DNA of 62,723 nt, counting the filler, from Actinomycetota bacterium (lineage in GTDB: Bacteria > Actinomycetota > Acidimicrobiia > IMCC26256 > VFJJ01), in the NCBI GenBank assembly GCA_009886115.1. It is 3 parts of 3 records of this genome, joined end to end, with 100 filler letters (N's around TTAATTAATTAA, not from the genome) between each part and the next. Parts side by side here need not be neighbours in the genome. Positions count along the whole stretch, not along the records: positions 19,867 to 45,787 come from VFJJ01000109.1; 2 more parts are not named here. One strand, 5' to 3'. The notes beneath the pieces were generated by a model. The model was not told the DNA's origin. It was given only the letters and a program-made list of their open reading frames with translations, and did not search any database. Numbering within the stretch: position 1 is the first letter of the stretch; every line of letters starts with the position of its first letter. The position numbers and the translations under genes are program-made. Shown one piece after another: positions 30,452 through 40,897 of this stretch.

Positions 30452-31181
30452 GCCGACGACCCGACCGCAGCATGGCCGTGATCACCTCGGGCCCGACCGC
30501 AGGCGAGTACCACTGACCAACCAGCAGGTCGCTGCAGCGCCGCCACCGGCATGCGTGATCATCGGAGTCGATCCCCGCGGCCACGACCGCAAGACCGCGG
30601 CGGTGGGTCTCATCGGCAACGTCGCCGCCCACCGATGAGGTGTCGATCACCGCGAACGACGGGATCTCCATTCCCGATGCTTCCCAAGGGAACCGTGCTG
30701 TCACGTGGGTCACGCCCACCTCGACGCCCCGCAGACGTAGGGCGACCAGAGCGTCGTGCTGGCGATCGTCGATATCGAGAAGTGTGGCCCCGGCGATCAC
30801 GAGCCGAACCTGCTCGGGGGTGATGGCATGCGCCTCGAGGGCCTGCTCCAACAGACGGTCGACCTCGCGCTCTCTCAGGGCCGCGGCCGAGAGCTCACAC
30901 GACACGAACGGCCGTGCCCCGGCAACACGCTCGCGCCAACGCCTCGCCTGCGCCACAGCCTCGCCCACGGTCCAGTGCTCGATCGAGGTCGCGCCGAACG
31001 TCGCGTGGAGCGAGCCCACGTCGACCGGGTCGACCAGGCCGCGGCCGGCGACGAACACGCGGGGCACGGCATCCACGCCGCACAGGCACCCTGCGGCGTC
31101 GACAACGGGCTGGTAGAGCAGCCGGAGACCAGCGTCCTCGAGCGCTCGACGGAGAAGGTGGTCACGATGACTCGCCGACAC
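30429..31181 (-). CDS. Stand-alone degenerate EAL-domain protein
   Basis: LRLLYQPVVD and GQWYSPAV, but the EAL motif reads DAV and DDFGTG is absent. Confidence 0.6.
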   Translation of the reverse strand: MSASHRDHLLRRALEDAGLRLLYQPVVDAAGCLCGVDAVPRVFVAGRGLVDPVDVGSLHATFGATSIEHWTVGEAVAQARRWRERVAGARPFVSCELSAAALREREVDRLLEQALEAHAITPEQVRLVIAGATLLDIDDRQHDALVALRLRGVEVGVTHVTARFPWEASGMEIPSFAVIDTSSVGGDVADETHRRGLAVVAAGIDSDDHACRWRRCSDLLVGQWYSPAVGPEVITAMLRSGRRLIESAER

Positions 31182-31234
31182 GCCTCTGTATCGGACGATT
31201 GCCGCGAAAAGTTGAGGGATTGTCGCAGAGGGCG

Positions 31235-32062
31235 TCAGGCCCGGGCCGTGGCCAGCACCGTCCGGGCCGCGACGGCGACCCGCCGCGCGGCCTCGGTGGG
31301 ATGGAGCGCGGCGAGGACATCGCTCGGAACCTCGACGCCGACCGGCGCCCGGCAGCCGATCTCGTCGAGCGTGCGGATGAATCCGACCACGTCGAGCTCG
31401 CCCTCGCCGGGCAAGAGACGGTCGTGCAGCGTCGCTTCGAGCAGATCGACCTCGGCGACGTCCGGCGCATCGTCGAGCTGGATGGCGCTGAACAGCCGCC
31501 CGTCGAGCGCGGCGATGTCAGCCAGGCTCAGGCCACCGCGGAAGTGGTGCCACGCGTCGATCTCGACGCCTCCGTTGGGGCGATCGGCCATGGCCACCAC
31601 CGACGCAACCTGCGCGAGGTCGATGCCGTTGAACCAGGGCATGTACTCGATGTGAGCGAGGAGGCCGTCGACCGCGCACCGATCGCACAGGGCGGCGAAC
31701 CGCTCGGCGACCACCTCGGCGGGATCTCCCGGATCGCCGAGGTCGGAGACGAGGTTGATCGAGCGGGCCCCGACGAGCCCGGCGATCGCCCTGACCCGGT
31801 CCTCCGTGCGACGAGATCGCGCCCCGTTGTCGCCCCCGCGTGCCCACTCGTACACCACGTCGACCTCGGCGACGAGCACGCCGGCGTGCTCGAGCCGGGC
31901 CCGGATGTCGGCATCGCTCAGACCGTCGCGGTCACGGGCCTCGCGGTAGCGCCGAGCCGACATCGAGATGGCCGAGAAGCCGTTGGTTGCGGCGGCGTCG
32001 ACCAGCTCGGCGAACGTGGCCTGAGGCAGCGTGAGCTCGCACAACACGAGGTCGTCGGACAT
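31235..32062 (-). CDS. Sugar phosphate isomerase/epimerase (TIM barrel)
   Basis: HIEYMPW, EIDAWHHFR, IQLDD, RLLPGEG and GVEV. Confidence 0.8.
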   Translation of the reverse strand: MSDDLVLCELTLPQATFAELVDAAATNGFSAISMSARRYREARDRDGLSDADIRARLEHAGVLVAEVDVVYEWARGGDNGARSRRTEDRVRAIAGLVGARSINLVSDLGDPGDPAEVVAERFAALCDRCAVDGLLAHIEYMPWFNGIDLAQVASVVAMADRPNGGVEIDAWHHFRGGLSLADIAALDGRLFSAIQLDDAPDVAEVDLLEATLHDRLLPGEGELDVVGFIRTLDEIGCRAPVGVEVPSDVLAALHPTEAARRVAVAARTVLATARA

Positions 32063-32189
32063 CAGACCTGCACCGGCGTGCGTCACGTTCCCCCTGGGCC
32101 CACATCGCCGGCCCGCTCGAGGCCGACGTTGGCGGCGTTGATCTTACGGACCCTGCACGCTCGCGACGGGGGCGGTACGTTCTCGCGCC

Positions 32190-33320
32190 ATGAGCGCTGA
32201 CAGCACGCCCCGGCCGAACGATCCGGGCCCCGTCCAGAAGGCCTGGCTGCACCTCCTCGACGTGTTGCGCAATGCCGACGGCTCGTTCATCGATCCGGCG
32301 CGGGGACGGTTCGACCCGGCCACGATGGCCATGGGCTACCGGCACCTCACCCACCTCCTGTCGTACGCCTTCGACCTGTACGTGGAGTCCGACCCCGACC
32401 GACCGGCATTCGTCCCGCTCGCCGCACCCACCAAGAAGATCCTGGGCGACAACACCGACTCCGTGTACCAGTACGCCGGCATCCGGGGCGGGCGGGCCTA
32501 CCGGGTGACGGGCCGGCGCGGCGACGACTGCTACCTGTCGCTGATCGTGCACGCCGGGCCCGACCCGTCGTCTTCGATGACGCACCGTACGGTCTCGAAC
32601 CGCAATCACTCCGAGCTCACGACCGACGCCGAGGGCCGTTTCGAGATCGTGCTGTCCGAGGAACGCCCGGCCGGGTACGAGGGCGACTGGATGGCCACCG
32701 CGCCCGACGCGGTCTGCGTGATCACCCGGGAGTACTACTTCGACCGGACCGTCGACCGCCCCGCGTCGTGGCACATCGAGACCGTCGAGACGGTGGAGCC
32801 GCCCCGGCCCTTGAGCCAGCAGGAGACTGCCGATCGTCTGCTCGCTGCCGCTCACTTCGTGGCCGAGACCGTGAAGATGACACCTATGGCCCCGACGACC
32901 CCGAACACCATGCAGGAGCCCTACCGGTTCACGCCCCAGCATCCGAGCTGGGGCACGCCCGACAACATGTACGCCCGGTGCCGGTACGAGCTCGAAGCCG
33001 ACGAGGCCCTGGTGATCGACGGCGTGGTAATCCCTTGTGTCTACTGGGGAATCCAGTTGTGGAACCCCCTGATGCAGTCGCTCGACTGGCGCTACGAGCG
33101 GGTCTCGATCAACACCAGCCAGGCACAGCTCGGACCCGGCGGGGAGTTCCGGGTCGTCGTCGCCCAGCATGATCCCGGCGTCGCCAACTGGGTGAGCACC
33201 GCCGGCACCCGCCAGGGCTCGGTGTTCTGCCGGTGGCTGTGCCCCGAGGGTCAGCCGTCGACACCGCACGCCCGGGTCGTCCCACTCGCCGAAGTCGCCT
33301 CGCTCCCGCCCCGCTTCTGA
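32190..33320 (+). CDS. DUF1214-like protein
   Basis: GDNTDSVY, GRFEIVLS, ITREYY, YWGIQLWN and DPGVANW. Confidence 0.75.
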   Translation: MSADSTPRPNDPGPVQKAWLHLLDVLRNADGSFIDPARGRFDPATMAMGYRHLTHLLSYAFDLYVESDPDRPAFVPLAAPTKKILGDNTDSVYQYAGIRGGRAYRVTGRRGDDCYLSLIVHAGPDPSSSMTHRTVSNRNHSELTTDAEGRFEIVLSEERPAGYEGDWMATAPDAVCVITREYYFDRTVDRPASWHIETVETVEPPRPLSQQETADRLLAAAHFVAETVKMTPMAPTTPNTMQEPYRFTPQHPSWGTPDNMYARCRYELEADEALVIDGVVIPCVYWGIQLWNPLMQSLDWRYERVSINTSQAQLGPGGEFRVVVAQHDPGVANWVSTAGTRQGSVFCRWLCPEGQPSTPHARVVPLAEVASLPPRF

Positions 33321-33365
33321 CCCCGCGGCCGCAACGACCGACGAGACCGACGCTGGGGGACCGGA

Positions 33366-34205
33366 GTGACCGATACGACCGGAGTGACCGATACGACCGA
33401 TACGACCGACGCGACCGATGCGACCGACGTGACCCATGCCGGGGCACGATCGCCGGCAGGACGGCTCGTCGGGAAGGTCGCCGTGGTCACCGGTGCCGGC
33501 CGCGGCATCGGTCGCGGTCTGGCCCTGACCCTCGCCCGCGAGGGCGCCGCGGTCGGGCTCGGAGCCCGTACCGGCGCCGAGATCGACGCCGTCGCCCGGG
33601 AGATCGTCGCCGCCGGTGGACGGGCGGTGGCCGTGCCCTGCGACGTGCGCGACCGGGCCGCCGTCGAGTGCCTGGTCGAGACGACCGCGGCGACCTTCGG
33701 TCGGCTCGACATCGCGATCGCCAACGCCGGGGGGATGCACGGCTTCGGCCCGGTGTCCGACGTCGAGCCCGATGACTGGTGGGCCACCCACGAGGTGAAC
33801 GTGCTGGGGACGTTGCTCACGTGCCGAGCGGCCATCCCCCACCTGCGATCGAGCGGAGGCGGGCACATCCTCGTGATGGGCTCGGGTGCCCGGCTCCGGG
33901 GCGGTCCGGGATGGTCGGCCTACTCCTCGTCGAAGGCCGCGGTCTTCAGCCTGGTGCGCATCCTGGCCCAGGAGCTGCGCTCCGACGCCATCTCGGTGAA
34001 CGAGATCATCCCCGGGCCGGTCCAGACCGAGCTCGCCGACTTCGCCGGAGCCACGGTCGCCCTGGCACCGGGCGCGCCGGGCGTCTTCGGGGGCGAATGG
34101 CTCAAGCAGCCGGCCGACGTGGCCGAGTTCGTGCTCGGGGTGCTGGCCCTGCCTTCCCGCGGCCCCACTGCGCAGTCGTTCAGCCTCCTCGGCCGCGACG
34201 CCTGA
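33366..34205 (+). CDS. Short-chain dehydrogenase/reductase
   Basis: TGAGRGIG, ANAG and YSSSK; repeat-expanded N-terminus. Confidence 0.9.
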   Translation: MTDTTGVTDTTDTTDATDATDVTHAGARSPAGRLVGKVAVVTGAGRGIGRGLALTLAREGAAVGLGARTGAEIDAVAREIVAAGGRAVAVPCDVRDRAAVECLVETTAATFGRLDIAIANAGGMHGFGPVSDVEPDDWWATHEVNVLGTLLTCRAAIPHLRSSGGGHILVMGSGARLRGGPGWSAYSSSKAAVFSLVRILAQELRSDAISVNEIIPGPVQTELADFAGATVALAPGAPGVFGGEWLKQPADVAEFVLGVLALPSRGPTAQSFSLLGRDA

Positions 34206-34367
34206 GCCAGCTGTCGTCGTCGCCGCGACCGAGGCGACCGCCGGCCGCCACACCGCCCTCGGCCCTCCGTCCGGCGAGCTCGGCCCCGCGATCTCGGGCC
34301 CGTCGGCCGGTCGGCCCGCCGGCCGGTCGGCCCGCCACAGCTGGCAACCAGCGAACTTCCGATGGGC

Positions 34368-35561
34368 TCAGTCGTCGAGCCAGTCGGCGAGCACCTCGGC
34401 GGTGTGGGCCCCGCGAGCCGGGCCGGCATGGCGGATCTCGCCCGGGGTCTCGCTCAGGCGGGGCGTCGGGCGCACGAAGGTGCGTCTCCCGATACCGGCA
34501 ACGTCGAGCTCGACGAGATCGCCCCGTCCCGCGATCTGCCGATCGGCGAGCAGCGAGACGACGTCGTTGACGGGGGCAGCAGGGATGCGGGCGTCGAGCA
34601 GCACGGCGAGCGCCTCCTCGCGGGGAAGGCCGGCGATCCACTCGGCCACGAGCCCGTCGAGCTCGTCGGCAGCCTGCATGCGGTCGACCGAACGGCCGAA
34701 ACGAGCCCGGCCCGCCACGGTGTCGAGACCCAGCAACGGGAGAAGCCGGGCCACCTGCTGATCGGTCGAGCCCGACACGGCGATGTGGTGACCGTCGCCG
34801 GTCCGGTAGATGTTGCGGGGCACGCCGGAAGGGATGCGCGAGCCGGTGCGCCCCGGAGGCCGGGTGCCGGGCCCGTCGTACTGGGTCAGCGTGCCCGAGA
34901 GCACGAACAGGATGGGGTCGTACATGGCGATGTCGACGTGCTGGCCCCGACCCGTCCCCTTGGGGTCGGCGCCGTCGCGCCCAGGGCCGGATGCGTCGCG
35001 AGACCAACAGGCCAGCAGCGCCCCGATCACGCCCCACATGGCGGTGAGCACGTCGCCGAGCGGGAGCGACGGCAGCATCGGCGGACCGTCGGTCTCACCC
35101 GTCATCGCGGTGAAACCCCCGAAGGCCTCGGCCAGGGTGCCGTTGCCGGGACGGCCCTCGAACGGCCCGCCCTCCCCGTAGATCGACACCGACACCATCA
35201 CCAGGCGTGGGTTGATGGCCGAGAGCTCCTCCCAGGTCGCTCGCCACTTGCGCAGCACCGAGGGCCCGGCGTTCTCGACGACCACGTCGGCCACCGCGAC
35301 GAGGCGGTGCAGCGTGGCCTGGCCCTCGGGCGTGGTCATGTCGAGCTCCACCGACCGCTTGTTCCGCCCGATCAACGCCCAGTTCAGCGATTCGCCGCCT
35401 CGGACCGGACCGACGAACCGCATCGGATCACCGCTCGGCGGCTCGATCTTCACCACATCGGCGCCGAAGTCGCCGAGCACCGTGGCGATCTGGGGTGCCG
35501 CGAACAGGATCGACAGATCGAGCACGCGGAGGCCCGACAGTGCACCAGCAGTCACGTTCAT
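34368..35561 (-). CDS. CoA-transferase family III (CaiB/BaiF)
   Basis: LSGLRVLDLS, GADVVKIEPP.GD and RNKRS. Confidence 0.9.
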   Translation of the reverse strand: MNVTAGALSGLRVLDLSILFAAPQIATVLGDFGADVVKIEPPSGDPMRFVGPVRGGESLNWALIGRNKRSVELDMTTPEGQATLHRLVAVADVVVENAGPSVLRKWRATWEELSAINPRLVMVSVSIYGEGGPFEGRPGNGTLAEAFGGFTAMTGETDGPPMLPSLPLGDVLTAMWGVIGALLACWSRDASGPGRDGADPKGTGRGQHVDIAMYDPILFVLSGTLTQYDGPGTRPPGRTGSRIPSGVPRNIYRTGDGHHIAVSGSTDQQVARLLPLLGLDTVAGRARFGRSVDRMQAADELDGLVAEWIAGLPREEALAVLLDARIPAAPVNDVVSLLADRQIAGRGDLVELDVAGIGRRTFVRPTPRLSETPGEIRHAGPARGAHTAEVLADWLDD

Positions 35562-35718
35562 GGCCCCGATCCTCGCCCCGCGAGCCCGAGCGCTTCCATT
35601 CCGCATTTCCCTTCGTCACCCTGGACCCGGTGCGCCCACCGGCGTGTCCCGCTGTCTCGGCCCTTCAACGGCGGCCGCCGCCGGGTGCCGTCAGCCGGGG
35701 ACCGTCAGCCGGGGACCG

Positions 35719-36729
35719 TCAGCCGGGGCCCCCGCCGGATCGCCAGCCCACCGGGGCCACGGCGCTGCGGTCGAGCGCAGCCACCGAGGGGCGGCCCAGC
35801 CAGGCGACGGTGTGGGCGAGCTCGTCGCGCAGCAGCGTCATGACCCGGGCCACGCCGTCGGCCCCGTCGGCCGCCAGCCCCCAGATCGCCGGACGGCCGA
35901 CACCCACGGCCCGCGCACCCAGCGCCAGCGCGATCGCCACGTCGCTCCCGCGCCGGAAGCCACCGTCGACCATCACCTCGGCCACGGGACCGACGGCCGC
36001 GACCACCTCCACCAGCGCGTCGAGCGCGCCTGGGACGCGATCGAGTCCCCGGCCACCGTGGTTCGAGACGATCAGTCCGGCGGCGCCCGCGGCAACCGCG
36101 GCCAGCGCGTCGTCGGCGGTGAGCACGCCCTTGGCGATCCACGGCAGTCTCACGCCGTGGAGGGCGCGCGTGACGTCACCCCAACGCCAGCCCACGGGCT
36201 CGGGGCCGGCGACGGCGACGGCGACGGACACGACCAACCCTCGGTAGCCCGCAGCCTCAGCCCGAGATGCCAAGGGCCCCATGAGGTCGTGCGGTCCCGC
36301 AGCATCGAGCTGGAGCAGCAGCGAGATGCCCTCGGCCGCCTCGGCGACATCCTCCAGTCGGCGGGACGAGTCGGCGGCCACGATCGCGGCAGCGTCAGCG
36401 ATGCGACAACCCCGAACAAGGGCCAGGTGTCCCTGCTCGTGATAGCGGGCGTCGTCGCTGAACGGGGCCGCCACGACCGGATGGGCCAGCGGGATCCCGC
36501 AGAACGACGTGGCGAGCGTCGGCGTCGACACCCCGCTCAGGGCCCGAGGACGGAGCTGCCACCGATCGAAGACCGAGCGGTTGCGCCGGAGCGTCCACTC
36601 GTCGCCGACACCAGCCTCCAGCTCTTCCCAGACCTCCGGACCGAGGCGTTCACGAGCGTCGCGCTCGATCTCGCGCAGGGTCGCGAGCCGTTCCCGCGGT
36701 GTCGACGAGCTGCTGGGCTGCTCGGTCAT
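35719..36729 (-). CDS. FMN-dependent alpha-hydroxy acid oxidase-like protein (divergent)
   Basis: AKGVL, VSNHGGRGLD, DGGFRRGSDV and GRP..WGLA. Confidence 0.8.
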   Translation of the reverse strand: MTEQPSSSSTPRERLATLREIERDARERLGPEVWEELEAGVGDEWTLRRNRSVFDRWQLRPRALSGVSTPTLATSFCGIPLAHPVVAAPFSDDARYHEQGHLALVRGCRIADAAAIVAADSSRRLEDVAEAAEGISLLLQLDAAGPHDLMGPLASRAEAAGYRGLVVSVAVAVAGPEPVGWRWGDVTRALHGVRLPWIAKGVLTADDALAAVAAGAAGLIVSNHGGRGLDRVPGALDALVEVVAAVGPVAEVMVDGGFRRGSDVAIALALGARAVGVGRPAIWGLAADGADGVARVMTLLRDELAHTVAWLGRPSVAALDRSAVAPVGWRSGGGPG

Positions 36730-36804
36730 CGTGCTCCCCCGTCTCCTGGCTCCGACCCTACTTTCGACCCGACCGGGTTCGGAACACCGGCCACCCGTCG
36801 CCGC

Positions 36805-37866
36805 TCACGTGCGCCGCACCAGCCAGACGGGAGCCTGCGCGCCTTCGCTACTGGTCACGTACCCCGAGCCGTCGGACAGCACCGTGATCGCCTCGCCCTG
36901 CGCGTCGGGAGGGCCGACCGCCACGCAGGGCTCGGCCGCCAGGGCCTCGGCCACTCCGGAGCCTGCCGCCCGGTCCCAGACCAGCACGTCGGTATAGGTG
37001 CGGACGACGATCGTCGAGCCGTCAGCCGAGATGTCGCCGCCGGTGACCGCCTGGAAGAACCCGAGGTGCAGTCGCCCCACCTCGTCGGCCTGCACGGGGC
37101 TCCCGTCGAGCGAGGCCACGACCCGAAAGACGAGTCCCTCGCCGGCGAGCGACTTCGTGATCACGAACAGGTGGCCCGACAGCGGATCGTGCACGAGGGC
37201 CTCGGCGTCGTGGGGCCCGTCCGGGTAGCGCACCAGAATGCTGCGCACCACGGGTGTCGATGCCGCCAGGCGAGCCGGAGCGCCCGGCTCGACCGCGGGC
37301 TCGGCGACGACCTGGATCACGACCTCCGGTCGGCGCTCGGCGTTGTCGCCGATGTCGGCGATGTACAGCATGCCGTCGGGGCCGGCCGCGATGTCCTCCC
37401 AGTCACGGTTGTCGGCACCCTCGACCGTCACAACGCCGAGGTCGGCCCCGTCGAGACCCAGGGCGAAGAGCTGCGGATCGTTGCCCGAGTCTTGGACGGC
37501 CCAGATCACCCCGGGCTGCGTACGGCTTGCCGCCAGCCCGGACAGCTCAACGAGGCCGCTGCCGTGGAGCGACCCGACCTGCTCGGCCTCGACCGCGCCG
37601 CACAGCCGCTCGGCCGAGGTGCGCACCGGTTCGGTGGACGTGCTCACGGATGGCGGCGCGGCACCAGCCCCGGCTCCCGCTTCGATCCCGACCGCGGCAC
37701 CACCGCCGGACCGGTCAGCAACGGGAGCACTCCCGGTCGGTGCCGTCGGGACGCTCGCGATCGTGGCGACAACGGGGGGCGCCGGGAGCGTCGTGTCGTC
37801 GGTGCCGTGGAGACAGCCCGCCAGCGCCAGGATCGTCGTCAGCCCCAGGGCTCTCGAGGCCGACAC
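36805..37866 (-). CDS. Lipoprotein with beta-propeller-like domain (hypothetical)
   Basis: Lipobox LAGC; ELSGLAAS, QDSGN, DWEDIA, IADIGDN, HDAEAL and QGEAI. Confidence 0.65.
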   Translation of the reverse strand: MSASRALGLTTILALAGCLHGTDDTTLPAPPVVATIASVPTAPTGSAPVADRSGGGAAVGIEAGAGAGAAPPSVSTSTEPVRTSAERLCGAVEAEQVGSLHGSGLVELSGLAASRTQPGVIWAVQDSGNDPQLFALGLDGADLGVVTVEGADNRDWEDIAAGPDGMLYIADIGDNAERRPEVVIQVVAEPAVEPGAPARLAASTPVVRSILVRYPDGPHDAEALVHDPLSGHLFVITKSLAGEGLVFRVVASLDGSPVQADEVGRLHLGFFQAVTGGDISADGSTIVVRTYTDVLVWDRAAGSGVAEALAAEPCVAVGPPDAQGEAITVLSDGSGYVTSSEGAQAPVWLVRRT

Positions 37867-37889
37867 AGGGAACGCCCCACCCCGGCGGT

Positions 37890-38249
37890 TCAGCGACGCT
37901 GGGCCTTCACGGCCCCCACGATCGCTCCCCCGGCCCAGGCGACGGTCGCGGCGATCACCCAGGCCGAGATGGCCTCCAGGAACGACACCACCTTGAACTT
38001 GCCCGGGGTCCCGTCGAGCTCGCTGAGCACGATCCCGGCCTGGATGAAGCCGATGACCAGGAGCACGATCGCCAGCACGAGCCCGCTCGACGACGAGCCA
38101 GCCGAGGAGGGGGGCGCACCGTACCCGGGCGGGCCGCCATACCCGGGGCCGGGGGCTCCCGGGGCGGGGCCGTAGCCGGGCTGGCCGCCCCACTGCTGGG
38201 ACGGGTATCCGGGCTGGGTGGGGAAGCCGGGCGGGGGTGTAGCGGCCAT
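37890..38249 (-). CDS. Small membrane protein with Pro/Gly-rich N-terminus
   Basis: PGY repeats followed by two hydrophobic helices; GAGGAG RBS. Confidence 0.6.
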   Translation of the reverse strand: MAATPPPGFPTQPGYPSQQWGGQPGYGPAPGAPGPGYGGPPGYGAPPSSAGSSSSGLVLAIVLLVIGFIQAGIVLSELDGTPGKFKVVSFLEAISAWVIAATVAWAGGAIVGAVKAQRR

Positions 38250-38330
38250 CGAAGCGCTCCTCACAGGATCGGACGACGAACGATTGCACGGTGGGCCCGG
38301 GAACCGCCAGGCATGGGCCCGCCAGCGCCG

Positions 38331-39503
38331 CTACTTCACGCCGTAGAGGCGAGCGGCGTTCGAGAACAGGACCTTGTCGAGCACGCCGGGATCGAGCGCC
38401 CCGAGCACGCCTTCGGCGTAGTCGCGGGGAAACTGAGCCGGGGTGCGAGGACCGGGATGCTGGCACGTGGGGTGGGGGTAGTCGGTCTCGTAGAGGATGT
38501 TGTCGGGGAACTGCTCGATGGCGTTCAGCGCGCCCGCTCGCTCGAACCAGAAGCACCCGTAGATCTGCCGGCGGAAGTACTCCGACGGCAGCAGGTCGTA
38601 CTCCGGGTGGTCGTCGGTCACGCCCCCGTTGCGCCACTGCCAGTCGAACGCCTCGAGCACGCTCGGCAGCCAGCCCACGCCGCTCTCGACCGACACGAAC
38701 TTCAGGTCGGGGAAGCGGTGGCACACACCGCCGAAGATGAGGTCGGCGATGCACTTGGCGTTGTCGACGAAGATCAGCGACGAGACCCGGGCGAAGTTGG
38801 CGTGGAAGCCCATGTTGTGGGTGTCGACCATGAGGCTGCCGATGTCGCCGCCGCCGATGTGGAAGCTGATGGGGATGCCCGCCTCCTGGGCCAGCGCCCA
38901 CACCGGGTCCCAGTGGCGAGATGCCAGGCCGGGCTGTCCGTGATCTTGCGGCTGGTTGCAGAAGTTCACGGCCCGATGGCCCTTGGCGATGCAGCGCTCG
39001 AGCTCGCCGAGCGCCAGGTCGAGATCCCAGAACGGCGTGGTGGCGATGGGGATGAGCCGGTTGGGATCGGCGCTCGTCCAGTCGATCAGGAAGTCGTTGT
39101 AGGCGCTCACGCATTCGCGCACGAGCTCCATGTCGCCGAGGCGCAGCCACGAGCCGCTGCCGAACCCGCCCACGTTGGGGTACAGCACCTGCGCGTCGAT
39201 GCCCTGCTCGTCCATGAACGCCAGACGCTCACGGGCATCCCACATCGACGGGTGGATGTCGTCGAACGTCGCCGGCGAGTCGGGGATGACGCCGTCGAAG
39301 CCGGCCATCGAGGTGGAGCCCGGCGTGCCGATGCGCTCGTCGCCGGCCATCCACACGTCGCGGCCATCGATGCGCTCGATGTGCGGGACCCGGTCGCCCC
39401 ACTTCTTCGACACCCGGGCCGTCCACACGTCGCGCGGCTCGGTGATGTGCGTGTCGACGTCGATGACCCGGTGGCGCTCGAACAACCCGGCGGTTGCGCT
39501 CAT
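38331..39503 (-). CDS. Amidohydrolase_2 family protein
   Basis: IDVDTHITEP, AYNDFL, ESGVGW, ETDYPHP and NAARLY. Confidence 0.9.
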   Translation of the reverse strand: MSATAGLFERHRVIDVDTHITEPRDVWTARVSKKWGDRVPHIERIDGRDVWMAGDERIGTPGSTSMAGFDGVIPDSPATFDDIHPSMWDARERLAFMDEQGIDAQVLYPNVGGFGSGSWLRLGDMELVRECVSAYNDFLIDWTSADPNRLIPIATTPFWDLDLALGELERCIAKGHRAVNFCNQPQDHGQPGLASRHWDPVWALAQEAGIPISFHIGGGDIGSLMVDTHNMGFHANFARVSSLIFVDNAKCIADLIFGGVCHRFPDLKFVSVESGVGWLPSVLEAFDWQWRNGGVTDDHPEYDLLPSEYFRRQIYGCFWFERAGALNAIEQFPDNILYETDYPHPTCQHPGPRTPAQFPRDYAEGVLGALDPGVLDKVLFSNAARLYGVK

Positions 39504-39603
39504 GGCGATGCCCTTCCCCGGCATGTGGATGCTGGGTCCACCCTACCGGCGGGTCGAGGCCCCGGGTTGACGGAAACCGTCGTCCGCCACCAACCTCAGG
39601 CTC

Positions 39604-40803
39604 ATGCGCCTGAGCTACGACGACGCCACCGAGGCCTTCCGGGCCGAGCTGAACGACTGGCTCGACCGCCATTGCCCCGTCATCACGCCCGAGACGGTGA
39701 TGCCCCGCTCGAGCGCCGACATGGTGCCCTGGGTGAGGCAGTGGCAGCGAGCGCTGTTCGATCACGGTTGGCTGGTGCCGGGATGGACGCCCGAGCGCGG
39801 GGGCCGCAACGCGACTCCCGTCCAGTCGATGGTGTACCTGGAGGAGATGGCACGGCGCCCCGTCCAGCGCACGTACAACCCGCAGGGCCTGTCGATCATC
39901 ACCCCCTCCCTGTTCGACTACGGATCGGCCGAGCAGATCGAGCGCTGGGGCATGCCGTCGCTCAAGGGTGAGATCTCGTGGTGCCTGGGGATGAGCGAGC
40001 CCGACGCCGGCTCCGACCTGGCGGGTCTCAAGACGCGGGCCGAGGTGTTCGACTCCCACTTCGTGGTGAACGGTCAGAAGGTCTGGACCTCGGGCGCCCA
40101 TCACGCCGACTGGTGCTGGTGCTTCGTACGCACCGACGCCGAGGCGGCCAAGCACAAGGGGATCTCGGTGATCCTCGTCGACATGCGCTCGGAGGGCGTG
40201 CGCATCCGCCCGCTCGCCGGTCTGCTCGATCGCGAGGAGAACGACTTCAACGAGGTGTTCTTCACCGACGTCGTGGTGCCCCGTTCGCAGCTCATCGGCC
40301 AGCTCGGACAGGGCTGGAGCATCGCCAACGGATCGCTGGCCCACGAGCGCGGGATGATGTGGCTCACCGGGGCGCTCGCGCTGCACGGCGACGTCGACCG
40401 GGCCATCCGTGAATGCCAAGCGATGCGTTCCGACGGCACCCGTCTGGGCGACGACCCCCGGGTTCGCGACCGTGTCGCCAGTGCCTACATCGACTCCCAA
40501 GCCATGATGGCCATGGGGTACAAGGGTTTCGCCAAGTTCGCCAAGGGCATGGTGTCACCCGAGCATTCCGTGCTCAAGCTGTTCGGCTCCGAATCCGTCC
40601 ACCGGTTGCGCGAGGACATGACCTCGGTCGTGGGAGCTGCAGGCATCGACCTGACCGGACAACGGTTCCTGAGGGGCATGGGCGCCAACGGGCCCTGGCC
40701 GGTGGCCTGGCTGGGCCAGTTCGGCTCCACCATCTCGGCCGGGGCTTCCGAGATCCAACGGAACATCATCGCCGAACGCGTCCTGGGCCTCCCCCGCCGG
40801 TAG
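39604..40803 (+). CDS. Acyl-CoA dehydrogenase family protein
   Basis: WCLGMSEPDAGSDLA, NGQKVWTS, FNEVFF and GASEIQRNII. Confidence 0.92.
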   Translation: MRLSYDDATEAFRAELNDWLDRHCPVITPETVMPRSSADMVPWVRQWQRALFDHGWLVPGWTPERGGRNATPVQSMVYLEEMARRPVQRTYNPQGLSIITPSLFDYGSAEQIERWGMPSLKGEISWCLGMSEPDAGSDLAGLKTRAEVFDSHFVVNGQKVWTSGAHHADWCWCFVRTDAEAAKHKGISVILVDMRSEGVRIRPLAGLLDREENDFNEVFFTDVVVPRSQLIGQLGQGWSIANGSLAHERGMMWLTGALALHGDVDRAIRECQAMRSDGTRLGDDPRVRDRVASAYIDSQAMMAMGYKGFAKFAKGMVSPEHSVLKLFGSESVHRLREDMTSVVGAAGIDLTGQRFLRGMGANGPWPVAWLGQFGSTISAGASEIQRNIIAERVLGLPRR

Positions 40804-40814
40804 CCGAGGTTCTC

Positions 40815-40864
40815 CCAACTGTCAGCGTGAAGGGCCGTATCCGGCCCTTGACGCTGACAGTTGG
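40815..40864. repeat. 50-bp palindromic REP-like element, copy 1
   Basis: CCAACTGTCAGCGTGAAGGGCCG-TATC-CGGCCCTTGACGCTGACAGTTGG. Confidence 0.9.
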
Positions 40865-40897
40865 AGCTCTGATCAGGCGTGCGTAGACTCTGGAGCC

